48,642 nucleotides of DNA from Acidobacteriota bacterium. GTDB lineage: Bacteria; Acidobacteriota; Polarisedimenticolia; Gp22-AA2. A program made the position numbers and the translations under genes. The notes beneath the pieces are model-generated. The model worked only from the letters and a program-made list of their open reading frames with translations. It searched no databases and had not been told where the DNA came from. This document shows, piece by piece, positions 11,162 through 19,781 of the stretch; the stretch's first letter is position 1; the number at the start of each line of letters is the position of its first letter. The stretch is from positions 1 to 48,642 of the forward strand of contig JANNTZ010000269.1 in assembly GCA_031394595.1 (NCBI GenBank), written 5' to 3'.

Positions 11162-11949
11162 CGTGCCACCGGCGTGTCGGCGTGGAGCAGGACCCGGGTC
11201 CCGATGCCGTCCCGATGCAGACCGGAGGCGATCCGGACCTCGCCCACGCCAGCGCGCAACGCCTTCCGGCAGGCTTGGAGCTTCGGGATCATCCCGTCGG
11301 TGGCGCCACCGGATCGGATGAGGGATTGCATCCCACCCAGGGTCAGGGTTTCCATCCAGGTTCCGTCAACGCCGCGCACACCCGGTGTGTCGGTCAGCAG
11401 GAAAAGACGGCGCGCCCGCAGCCCGGCCGCGAGGGCCGCGGCCATCAGGTCGGCGTTGACGTTCAGCCAGCCGTGGCGGCGGCCCCAGGTCAGGCTGGCG
11501 ACGACCGGCACGTGGCCGGCGTCGATCAGGCCGTGGAACAGCCGGGTGTTCACCGCCGTGATCTCGCCCACGGCGCCCAAACGCCCGCCGCGCACCCGGC
11601 GCGCCGTGGTGGCGGATCCGTCGGCGCCGGTCAGACCGATCGCCGGGCAGCCGCGGCGCACCAGCCCCTCGACGATACCGCGGTTCAGCAGGCCGCCGAG
11701 CACCATCACCGCCGCCGGCACCATCTCCGGTGTGGTGATCCGCTGTCCCGCGAGGAAGCGGCTCTTGAGACCGAGGCGCTCGATCCAGCGGCTCAACTCG
11801 GCGCCGCCGCCATGGACCAGGAGGAGGCGTTCGCCGCGGGCCCGCGCCCGGGCGACGGCGGCGAGGACCGCGCCGCCGCCATTGGCGTCGAGGACGCTGC
11901 CGCCCAGCTTGATGACCGTGAGGTCACCGGACCTTCGGCGCGCGCTCAT
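11158..11949 (-). CDS. argB: Acetylglutamate kinase
   Basis: VIKLGG, VHGGG, NVNAD, GMIPK; ATGA overlaps at both ends. Confidence 0.93.
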   Translation of the reverse strand: MSARRRSGDLTVIKLGGSVLDANGGGAVLAAVARARARGERLLLVHGGGAELSRWIERLGLKSRFLAGQRITTPEMVPAAVMVLGGLLNRGIVEGLVRRGCPAIGLTGADGSATTARRVRGGRLGAVGEITAVNTRLFHGLIDAGHVPVVASLTWGRRHGWLNVNADLMAAALAAGLRARRLFLLTDTPGVRGVDGTWMETLTLGGMQSLIRSGGATDGMIPKLQACRKALRAGVGEVRIASGLHRDGIGTRVLLHADTPVAR

Positions 11950-13025
11950 CGCGACAGCCCTTCCGTCTCGGGTCGGCCGCCCATCAGGTTGAGGTTCTGG
12001 ATCGCCTGCCCGGCGGCGCCCTTGATCAAATTGTCGATGACGGAATGCAGGACGATGTGACGTCCACCTGGCGCCAGGGTCCACCCGAGGACGCAGGCGT
12101 TGGTGACGCGCACTTCGCCGGTCGAGGGCAGCCGGCCGTCACCGGCGATGCGGACAAAGGCCGCATCACCGTAGGCTGACGCGAAGGCGGCGGCGATCTC
12201 GCGGTCCCCGGTTCCTGGCGACAGCCGGGCGCTCAGCGAGCAGATCAATCCGCGTTCGAGTGGCGCGAGGTGGGGGACGAAGAGCAGTCCGTCCCCGGGC
12301 ACCAGGTCGGCGATCCGGGCGATCTCGCCGAGGTGGCGATGACGCGGCAGACCGTAGGGACGGACCGACCCTTCCACTTCGCAGAACAGGAGGTCCTCCC
12401 GCATCCTTCGGCCGGCGCCGGAAACCCCGGAGACCGCGTGGACGGTCACCGGCATGCCGGCGTCCAGGAGACCGGCGCGCCGCAGCGGCAGGATCGCCAG
12501 CAGGGCCGCCGTCGGGTAACAGCCGGGGTTGGCCACCAGATCCGCCGCCGCGATCGCGTCGCGCCGCCACTCCGGCAGGCCGTAGACGGCCCGGTCGAAC
12601 AGCCCCGGCGCCTCATGAGGGAAGCCATACCATTCGGCGAATTCGGTGGGCCCCGCGAGACGGAATGCGCCGCTCAGATCGACCACCCGCAGGCCGGCCA
12701 CGATCAGGGCGGAGGCGAGGCGCATGGAGGTTTCCTCGGGCGTGGCGAGCAACGCGAAGCACACGCCACGCGCGGCCAGATCGCCGGCGAGGCGGGCGGC
12801 GTCCCCGTTCGCCGGGAGCGCCTCGCAGCGGTTGTCCACCGATCCGTGCAGCGAGGGGTGGATGGCCGCCAGCGGCACACCCTGGCGATCCGGTCCGCCA
12901 AAGACCGCCGCCAGCCGGAACGCCGGATGCCCGGCGATCAGTCGCGCCGCCTCGCGACCGGTGTAGCCGGTCGCGCCGAACAGGGCGACGCCGGTTTCCG
13001 ACGTCACCCCCTTCGTTCCCTGCAC
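11946..13025 (-). CDS. argC: N-acetyl-gamma-glutamyl-phosphate reductase
   Basis: GATGYTG, DLSGAFR, ANPGCYPT, SGVSGAG, DNLIKGAAGQAIQNLN; GTG start with ggagg RBS. Confidence 0.95.
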   Translation of the reverse strand: MQGTKGVTSETGVALFGATGYTGREAARLIAGHPAFRLAAVFGGPDRQGVPLAAIHPSLHGSVDNRCEALPANGDAARLAGDLAARGVCFALLATPEETSMRLASALIVAGLRVVDLSGAFRLAGPTEFAEWYGFPHEAPGLFDRAVYGLPEWRRDAIAAADLVANPGCYPTAALLAILPLRRAGLLDAGMPVTVHAVSGVSGAGRRMREDLLFCEVEGSVRPYGLPRHRHLGEIARIADLVPGDGLLFVPHLAPLERGLICSLSARLSPGTGDREIAAAFASAYGDAAFVRIAGDGRLPSTGEVRVTNACVLGWTLAPGGRHIVLHSVIDNLIKGAAGQAIQNLNLMGGRPETEGLSR

Positions 13026-13046
13026 GGACGCACCTCCAGAAAAGTT

Positions 13047-13080
13047 CAGCGGCCGGCCCGTTCATCGGGGCCGGCCGCTG
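13047..13080 (-). terminator. 13-bp GC hairpin with short U-rich tail between argR and argC
   Basis: Arms cagcggccggccc (13047-13059) and gggccggccgctg (13068-13080); followed on the minus strand by aactttt. Confidence 0.5.
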
Positions 13081-13098
13081 CGAAGAAATTCCGCGACG

Positions 13099-13587
13099 TT
13101 ACCGGCGCCCGATCAGCCCGTGGAGCCTCCGCTCCAGGGTCCGGGCGCGACGCGGGTTCGGGGTCGCGGCAAACAGGGTGTCATCGCCGGCGACGGTGCC
13201 GACGACACCGTCGAGATCGGCGCGATCGAGGGCCACGCCAAGCGCGTGGGCCATGCCGGGCGTGGTCCTGAGGACCACGAGATTCCCGGCGCGTGCCGCG
13301 CTCGTCAGGTACCCGCGCATCATCCGATCCATGTGAATCCGGTGCGTCGCGGGAGCCGCGGCGGACAGATCGTCACCGGGCTCGCGGTATCCCGCGGGCC
13401 CTTTCATCAGGCCGAGGGTCCGGAGATCGCGCGACAGGGTGGACTGCGTCACCTGGATGCCCTGCGCGCGCAGGCGGCGGAGCAGGTCGCCCTGGCTGCG
13501 CGGGCCTTTGGATCGCACCGCCGAAAGGATCTGGTCCTGGCGGTGCACCTTGCTGGCGCGCGGTCGGTGGAATGCAACTTTATGCAT
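13099..13587 (-). CDS. argR: Arginine repressor
   Basis: RQDQIL..SQGDL..VTQSTLSRDL winged HTH and GTVAGDDT arginine-binding motif. Confidence 0.93.
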   Translation of the reverse strand: MHKVAFHRPRASKVHRQDQILSAVRSKGPRSQGDLLRRLRAQGIQVTQSTLSRDLRTLGLMKGPAGYREPGDDLSAAAPATHRIHMDRMMRGYLTSAARAGNLVVLRTTPGMAHALGVALDRADLDGVVGTVAGDDTLFAATPNPRRARTLERRLHGLIGRR

Positions 13588-13588
13588 C
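13571..13588. promoter_or_regulatory. ARG box-like operator overlapping the argR start codon
   Basis: Minus strand GATGCATAAAGTTGCATT matches the TGCATA-N3-(A/T)TGCA ARG-box pattern. Confidence 0.65.
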
Positions 13589-13597
13589 GTGATGCGA

Positions 13598-13626
13598 AAA
13601 TTACCAAAGTTCGGCGCGATCGTCAA
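13598..13626 (-). promoter_or_regulatory. Sigma70 promoter of the arg operon, TTGACG-N17-TAATTT with extended -10
   Basis: Near-consensus hexamers with 17-nt spacing and TGn before the -10. Confidence 0.65.
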
Positions 13627-13721
13627 CCGGAAAAACACCCCGGATGAGGTGGGGGCCGTATGGTGAAACTGCCTGCGGGGCGGGGGACGGCGCCGCAATA
13701 CGGCGATGACCGGAGCGGACG

Positions 13722-15128
13722 CTAGCGGATCAGGGCGGCCAGATAGAGAACGGCCAGAAGGGTGTAGGCGGTGGCCGAGATGAAGATCAGCGCCCGCGCG
13801 AACCCTCCCATGGGGGGGAGGTCGGGGGCGATCCGCGGCAGGAGGCGAAAGTTGAGCGCCACCAGGGCCCAAGTGTAGATCACCGTACCCGCGAACCCGA
13901 TCACCGAGGTCAGCAGGATGAGCGGTCCGGGCTCCGCAAGAGGCAGCGTCAGGACCGTCAGGATGGAGCCGCCGCCGAGAAACAGGTAGTAGAGCCGTCG
14001 TGCCGGAACGGCGGCGCAGCGGGCAAACAAGGCTCGGGTCACGTCGGTGTGGACGCGGGCCATCGTGTCCATGGTGCCGATCCAGGTGTCGCAAAGGAAA
14101 GCGGCGGCAACCACCAGGAACAAGATCCGGCCGGTGTCCCCGAACCGGGCCGCGAAGAACTCGCTCTGGACAACTGCCAGGTGGTACCCGTCGGGGTAGA
14201 TGCCGCGGGGGAACAGGAGTGCGTAGGCCAGGAGGCAGGTCAGGATCGTCGTCAGGATGTTTCCCAGGACGCCCACACCCGAGTCGACGACGAGATACCG
14301 GAACCAGCGCCGCAGCATGCCGCCGTCCGATGCCGGCAGCAGCGCCTCTTCCTGGGCCTGAGAAGCCTCGAGGTCGGCCGCGGGCGCCGCGGCGTCGAGG
14401 TGCGACGCCATGCCGGCGCCCTTGGCCCGCAGCCAGTACGAATAAAACAGAGTCCAGAACCCTCCCAGCCCCGCGAAGGTCACCGCGGTGAGAAGCCGCG
14501 TCGCGTCGGCGGGATCCCAGGGGCGGACGGGCGGAAGCCGCGGGACGAACAGGCCACTGGCGAACTCACCGGCAACGGCGCGGACTGCCGGGTGGGTGCA
14601 GGCCAGGATCAGACCGGCGAGGGTGACGGCCGCCACGCCCGCCATGAAGCGCTCGATGAAACGATAGAACCGTCGGCTCAGGAGGAAGGCGCCGAGCAGC
14701 CCACCCATCGAGATCAGGGCCCACAGGAGAGTCCGCGCCCGATCGCTCCAGCCGGCCGGCCAGTCCACCAGTGCCGCCAGGGCCGTGCCGCCCGCCGCGG
14801 CGAACGCGCCGACCCAGAGGAACGAGACGGTCATCAGGACCCACAGTGCGATCCCCAGCGGCCGGTTGAGGCGGATGAAGCCGCGCAGGACGCTTTCTCC
14901 GGTGAGGACGGTGTAGCGTCCGATGGCGTAATTAACCGGCCACTGGACGAGGCAGGCCGGCAGGAGGTGGAACAGGAAGGCGAGACCGTAACGCGCGACA
15001 ACGTAGGGCCACCAGATCAGCTCGCCGCTGCCCTGGGCCAGCGCCAGCCAGACCACGCCCGGGCCGAGGGCCCCGAGGTACCCGGGGAACGCCGGCAGCG
15101 GAGCCCGTCGGAACCGGGGAAGGGTCAA
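13722..15128 (-). CDS. NRAMP-like (Nramp/APC superfamily) transporter
   Basis: 'LGPGVVWLALAQGSGELIWWP' and 'RYTVLTGES' motifs; about 11 TM helices; TTG start overlaps the upstream stop (TTGA). Confidence 0.75.
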   Translation of the reverse strand: MTLPRFRRAPLPAFPGYLGALGPGVVWLALAQGSGELIWWPYVVARYGLAFLFHLLPACLVQWPVNYAIGRYTVLTGESVLRGFIRLNRPLGIALWVLMTVSFLWVGAFAAAGGTALAALVDWPAGWSDRARTLLWALISMGGLLGAFLLSRRFYRFIERFMAGVAAVTLAGLILACTHPAVRAVAGEFASGLFVPRLPPVRPWDPADATRLLTAVTFAGLGGFWTLFYSYWLRAKGAGMASHLDAAAPAADLEASQAQEEALLPASDGGMLRRWFRYLVVDSGVGVLGNILTTILTCLLAYALLFPRGIYPDGYHLAVVQSEFFAARFGDTGRILFLVVAAAFLCDTWIGTMDTMARVHTDVTRALFARCAAVPARRLYYLFLGGGSILTVLTLPLAEPGPLILLTSVIGFAGTVIYTWALVALNFRLLPRIAPDLPPMGGFARALIFISATAYTLLAVLYLAALIR

Positions 15129-15385
15129 GCGCCCCGATCCCCATTGATGGCGCCGCGGTTCGATGACCGCCGGATGGCCGCGATGAGGCGGGCCCATCCG
15201 CGGACGACGGCGTACAGCGTCGTCATCACGACCAGCACCGGGACCGCGAGTAGGACGATGAAGATCAGGTAGAGGAACCCGATCGGGACCCGAACGAGCC
15301 GGTCCACCGGCCTCAGGCGACGCGGAGGGCGGGGGAGCGCGACCATCGTCCTGACCGGATCCGATGGCTCGATGGGGGAGGTCAT
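15125..15385 (-). CDS. Small membrane protein coupled to the transporter
   Basis: ggaga RBS; one long hydrophobic segment; stop overlaps the transporter start. Confidence 0.55.
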   Translation of the reverse strand: MTSPIEPSDPVRTMVALPRPPRRLRPVDRLVRVPIGFLYLIFIVLLAVPVLVVMTTLYAVVRGWARLIAAIRRSSNRGAINGDRGA

Positions 15386-15707
15386 GCGTCTGGACGTCTC
15401 CGCAGGGGTCGGCGATTCTAACACCCGCCGACCGGCGATTATGGCGCCGCTCGAATCCTTCCCGGCTGCCCCGATGGTGTTCGAGGTCTGAATCTTCACC
15501 ACTCATCGACCACGAGTTATTCCTGATTGACGCATCGGGGGAATGAGGGTATTGCTATCGGTACTGTTCAGGATCCAATCGGCGCACTCCCACTCCACTC
15601 TGCCGGATGCAGCGGACGCATCGGTCCGAAGTCTGCGCAGAAGGGTGGTCGCCCCGGGCAGTGGACGACGATTCCCGTTTCTCATGCTTCGGAGGAGGAC
15701 GATTCCG

Positions 15708-16181
15708 ATGACACCACGACCTGATCACCCGACCCGCGCGGCGCAGATCCCGGGGCTGGCGTTGCTGGCCTGCCTCGCGCTCGCCCTGGTTCCCGCGGTC
15801 CCGTCGCGGGCCGATTCCGCCACCGATGGGAGCGCCCTGCGCTTCGACGGCCGGGACGACTACGTCACCTTCGATCCCGAAGGAGGGTTGGCGCTGCGCG
15901 CCTTCACGGTCGAGACCAGGTTCAAGCGCCTCGGGCCCGGCCGCCCGGTCGGCATCGGCTCGTCCGGGATCGAGGCGATCCCGTTGATCAGCCGCGGCAG
16001 CATCCGCGACGGTGGGAAAGTCCAGGGCCTCAATTACTTCCTCGGCCTGCGCGCGGGGGACGGTGTGCTGGTCGCCGGGTTCCAGGATCAGTCCGGCAGG
16101 GAAACCCGGATGATTTCAGGAACGACGCCACCATCGGCGTCGGGGCCCTGGACAAGACGGTTAACGTGGCGTAAAAAGTGA
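15708..16181 (+). pseudogene. Signal peptide plus truncated LamG/concanavalin-like domain; probable 5' part of the downstream large secreted protein
   Basis: RBS ggaggagg; 'ALRFDGRDDYV...FTVETRFK' LamG start; the domain breaks off after ISGTT; same frame as the ORF at 16239. Confidence 0.55.
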
Positions 16182-16238
16182 ACCAGAATCACCGTCGACT
16201 TTCAACGGAGAACGGGACATCCCCAGGCGGGGACCTCG

Positions 16239-18503
16239 ATGAAGTACCAGGCGAACCAGACGGCGCCACCTGAACGGGCGCTGATCGAGTCGGGCTCGCG
16301 GATGTCCTACCTGGTCAACTCGAGCGACCCCGGCACGCTCGTTTCCGAGACCTGGATGACGACCGGGTTCGACGCCGGGACGTGGACCTCCGGGTCCTAC
16401 GGAGTCGGCTACGAGTCCGTTCCCCCTGGGGCGTCGGCACTGATCCAGACCCCCGTCTCCAGCACCGCGTACTCGGTTTTCTCCCGCACGACCTTCAGCA
16501 TCGCCGATGTGGCCATCGTGGGACAGATCCTCCTGGGGGCGGATTACGACGACGGGTACGCCGCCTGGATCAATGGCCATGAGGTGGCCCGATCGGTCGA
16601 GCTGCCCCAGACCGGCGCGCTGGCGTGGAACACCAATGCCACATCGCACGAATCGAGCAACGGCAGCACCCCTGGCTACGGTACGCCAGTCGACATCACC
16701 GCGGCGGCGATGCCGTGGCTGGTGAGCGGCGACAACGTCCTGGCGATCGGTGTCTGGAACAGCGGCGCGCCCGCTTCCACCGACCTGGTGCTCGTCCCCC
16801 GGCTCGCCGTTGGACTCGACTGGACGGCCGAAGGGTTCGACGACGCCTCCTGGGCCACCGGTCGGTACGGGGTGGGCTACGACAGCGGCGCCGCACCCAA
16901 TGCGCTGGCGCTTCTGGAAACCCAGGTGGCCACGGGTGCATTCTCGATCTTCACGCGAGCGACCTTTGAAGTCGCGAACGCGGGAGGAGTTTTCGAGGTG
17001 CTGCTCGGTGCCGACTACGACGACGGCGTTGTCGCCTGGATCAACGGCACGGAGGTCTACCGGTCGGGAGAAATCCCGGGTGCCGGCGTCCCTTCATGGA
17101 ACCTCGATGCCGGGCTGCACGAATCGAGCAACGGCGCCAGCCCCGACTATGGCACCCCGGTGGATCTGTCCAGTTTCATCCCCCTGCTGCATGACGGCGC
17201 CAACGTTCTCGCAGTCGGTGTCTGGAACAGCGCGGCGCCGACCTCCACCGACCTGGTGCTGGTGCCGCGGCTGCAACTGCGGTCGACCCTCGATCTCTGC
17301 GATGGGATCGACAACGATTGCGACCTGGAGATCGACGAGGACCACGTCGTCGTGCCGACCCGCTGCGGCGTCGGCCGCTGCTCCGGGAACCGCGGGGCCC
17401 TGGTCTGCTCCGGCGGCGTGCCTGTGGACACCTGCGATCCCTTCCGGGGGGCGCGCTCGGAAACCGTGCTGATCGAATACGACTCGGCCATGCGCTACCA
17501 GGCGAACACGGCGGCGGCCGGCATGGACTGGACCAAGACGGAGTTCGACGACTCCGTCTGGGCGGCGGGTGTTTACGGCGTCGGCTACGAGACCCGCACC
17601 GCGGCCGAACCGAACGCCCATAACCTTCTCCAGACCGGGACCGTGGCGCCGGGAACCGCCTCGGTGTTCACGCGCGCGACCTTTGACATCGCCGACCCCG
17701 GCGCCGTGGAGGGGATGTTCCTCGGCGTCGATTACGATGACGGCTTCGTCGTCTGGTTGAACGGGACCGAGATCCTGGGATCCCCCGAAATGCCCGGCGG
17801 ACCGCTGACCGGCACGACACCGGCCGGATTGCACGAATCGAGCAACGGGCTGATCCCCGGCTACGCCCCGATTCATGACCTCTCGGCGCGTGCCGGGCTG
17901 CTCGTTGCGGGAGAGAACGTCCTGGCGATCGGCGTCTGGAACCGGGACACCCCGTCCATTTCCACGGACCTGGTGCTGGTCCCCCGGTTGTCGATCAACG
18001 AAAACGATTCCTGCAACGGGATCGATGACGACTGCGACGGCATGACGGACGAAGGCCACCGGGACGGCGATGGTGACCGACAGGCCGATTGTGTTGATCC
18101 CGACGACGACAATGACGGCGTGGCTGATTCTCTCGACTGCTGGCCCTTCGATCCGGGACGGGCCGCGCAGCCTCCGAGCGAAGTCCAGGACGTGACCTGG
18201 ACGCCGACCCAGAGACCGGCGCGCGCGATCGTCTGGACCGACCAGGGACCGGGAATCGTGTACGACGTCGCGGGCGGGATGATCTCCGAACTGCGTTTGG
18301 ACGGCGGGGTGGACAACGCCGTCTGTCTGAGCGACGGCCACTCAGGCGCCCTGTTCGTCGATGGGCGGCCGGATCCTCCGGTCGGAAACGGCACCTACGT
18401 CATCATCCGGGCTGAGAAGACCGGCTGCGGCGCCGGCAGCTATGGCGTCGCCACGACCGGCGAGGAGCGGCTGCCGATCGCCGCCTGCCCTCCGGCGCCT
18501 TGA
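16239..18503 (+). CDS. Secreted multidomain protein (5' truncated): three ~165-aa beta-sandwich repeats, CDGxDNDCD metal-binding motifs, TSP3-like Asp repeats and a Cys-containing C-terminal module
   Basis: Three copies of YGVGY...DYDDG..W.NG.E..S.E...HESSNG...NVLA.GVWN...STDLVLVPRL; CDGIDNDCD and CNGIDDDCD; DGDGD and DDDNDG. Confidence 0.8.
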   Translation: MKYQANQTAPPERALIESGSRMSYLVNSSDPGTLVSETWMTTGFDAGTWTSGSYGVGYESVPPGASALIQTPVSSTAYSVFSRTTFSIADVAIVGQILLGADYDDGYAAWINGHEVARSVELPQTGALAWNTNATSHESSNGSTPGYGTPVDITAAAMPWLVSGDNVLAIGVWNSGAPASTDLVLVPRLAVGLDWTAEGFDDASWATGRYGVGYDSGAAPNALALLETQVATGAFSIFTRATFEVANAGGVFEVLLGADYDDGVVAWINGTEVYRSGEIPGAGVPSWNLDAGLHESSNGASPDYGTPVDLSSFIPLLHDGANVLAVGVWNSAAPTSTDLVLVPRLQLRSTLDLCDGIDNDCDLEIDEDHVVVPTRCGVGRCSGNRGALVCSGGVPVDTCDPFRGARSETVLIEYDSAMRYQANTAAAGMDWTKTEFDDSVWAAGVYGVGYETRTAAEPNAHNLLQTGTVAPGTASVFTRATFDIADPGAVEGMFLGVDYDDGFVVWLNGTEILGSPEMPGGPLTGTTPAGLHESSNGLIPGYAPIHDLSARAGLLVAGENVLAIGVWNRDTPSISTDLVLVPRLSINENDSCNGIDDDCDGMTDEGHRDGDGDRQADCVDPDDDNDGVADSLDCWPFDPGRAAQPPSEVQDVTWTPTQRPARAIVWTDQGPGIVYDVAGGMISELRLDGGVDNAVCLSDGHSGALFVDGRPDPPVGNGTYVIIRAEKTGCGAGSYGVATTGEERLPIAACPPAP

Positions 18504-18528
18504 CGGAGGCGGGGGCCGATGCTAACCT
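18500..18528 (+). promoter_or_regulatory. Putative sigma70 promoter TTGACG-N17-TAACCT (extended -10)
   Basis: Consensus-like hexamers upstream of ATG 18569. Confidence 0.5.
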
Positions 18529-18568
18529 CCCCGCTCCTCATCATGAACCGCCAGAACGGGAGAAGACC

Positions 18569-18799
18569 ATGGCCACGGCCGGTCAGCTGAAGCCGAAGAT
18601 CGACGTCCTGAAGAAGAAGATCGCCACCAAGGGGAGCGGGATCGAGCCCGGCCTGCGTCGCACCCTCAAGAAACGACTCCGCAGGATGCAGCGGGCGCGG
18701 CGCACGGCCGCGGCCACCGAGGCGCGGCTCGCAAAGCGGGCCGCGAAGAGAGCTGCGGCCGAGGCGAAGCCCGAGGCCGCCTCTGGCGGGGCACCATGA
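18569..18799 (+). CDS. Small, very basic Lys/Arg/Ala-rich hypothetical protein
   Basis: RBS gggag; codon usage typical of the genome; helical basic sequence. Confidence 0.65.
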   Translation: MATAGQLKPKIDVLKKKIATKGSGIEPGLRRTLKKRLRRMQRARRTAAATEARLAKRAAKRAAAEAKPEAASGGAP

Positions 18800-18813
18800 C
18801 TAAGGAGAGACGC

Positions 18814-19221
18814 ATGAACGGAACAGGCAGGGTCCGCATCCTGGCGGCATCGGTGGCGCTTCTGACGGCGGTCGGCTGCGGAGCGAGCGTCGACGACATG
18901 ATCATGAATCCCACGACCAAGGACCAGATCGTCCAGAAGCTCCTGGGCGACGAGGTGGCGAAGCAGGACATCATGACCCGTCTCACGACCCACGATCAGG
19001 ACAAGAAGAACCTCGCGGACACCCTGTTGGGGGACACGTCGATCAAGGCAATGGCCATCGAGCACCTGCTGGCCGAGGCCGGTCAGCGGACGGCAATCAT
19101 TCAGAAACTGACGGCTGATGCCGCCACGCGCGCGGAGGTCATCGTGGCTTTGACCGCCAGCGATGACCTGCGCAAGGAAGTGCAGGAAGCGCTGAAGAAG
19201 CCGATCGCCAAGACCCCGTAA
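18814..19221 (+). CDS. Lipoprotein made of seven 14-aa helical repeats
   Basis: RBS taaggag; lipobox AVGC; repeats IMNPTTKDQIVQKL/LGDEVAKQDIMTRL/.../TASDDLRKEVQEAL. Confidence 0.8.
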   Translation: MNGTGRVRILAASVALLTAVGCGASVDDMIMNPTTKDQIVQKLLGDEVAKQDIMTRLTTHDQDKKNLADTLLGDTSIKAMAIEHLLAEAGQRTAIIQKLTADAATRAEVIVALTASDDLRKEVQEALKKPIAKTP

Positions 19222-19224
19222 GAG

Positions 19225-19734
19225 CTAGTGGGCGTTGACTTGGACGGGGTTTGAGAGGGTGCGCTTGCCCTGCGTATCGATCATCCGCAGGCGGACTTGG
19301 TAAGTCCCGGGCCGGTCGAAGCGCACTTCGTGCGAGTAGTCGAACCCTTCAGAGGTGCGGGAGAGGTTGCCCCCCTCGCAAACCGGTCCGGTGGGGAGTG
19401 TTTCGGGCCGCCCGCGGGCGTCCATGGGATCGGCCCCACGTCCGTCGCTGCGGGCCCCGTGCTCATCGCGTCCCATCGTCGTCGCCCCCACCATCGGCAG
19501 GACCGGTGATCGACACAGTTCGATCTGATCGGGCACCGCCCCGACGATCTTGCCGTAGAGCGACACCGTGAACGGGACGAAGCCGACGATGCGGTCGGCG
19601 ACGATCCAGAGCATCGGTCCGGGGGCGCCGCTCTTTCGCGTCTTCGCCCAGGCGGTCCCACCGCCGGAGATCAGGGCGAGAGTCAGCGCCACCACCGCTG
19701 TGGAAACCGGAAAACCGCGAGCCTGCCGACTCAT
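19225..19734 (-). CDS. Secreted hypothetical protein with Ig/PKD-like C-terminal strands
   Basis: Signal peptide ending AWA; 'GFVPFTV...FDRPGTYQVRLR'. Confidence 0.6.
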   Translation of the reverse strand: MSRQARGFPVSTAVVALTLALISGGGTAWAKTRKSGAPGPMLWIVADRIVGFVPFTVSLYGKIVGAVPDQIELCRSPVLPMVGATTMGRDEHGARSDGRGADPMDARGRPETLPTGPVCEGGNLSRTSEGFDYSHEVRFDRPGTYQVRLRMIDTQGKRTLSNPVQVNAH

Positions 19735-19781
19735 GAGCCCCCCAGGGCGGGAACCGGTCGGGTTCCCGGCAGTGTCAGTTC

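Noticed and set aside
5880-13587. Absence of argF/carAB (and of ilvD in the ilv cluster)
   Set aside because: These genes are often unlinked; cannot be judged from one window
16179-16181. In-frame TGA as selenocysteine or programmed read-through
   Set aside because: The flanking translation does not continue the LamG domain and no SECIS-like stem is evident; a deletion or assembly join explains it better
16269-17999. DNA direct repeats (e.g. gcacgaatcgagcaacgg three times) as CRISPR or mobile repeats
   Set aside because: They are coding repeats of the protein domain, spaced hundreds of bp apart
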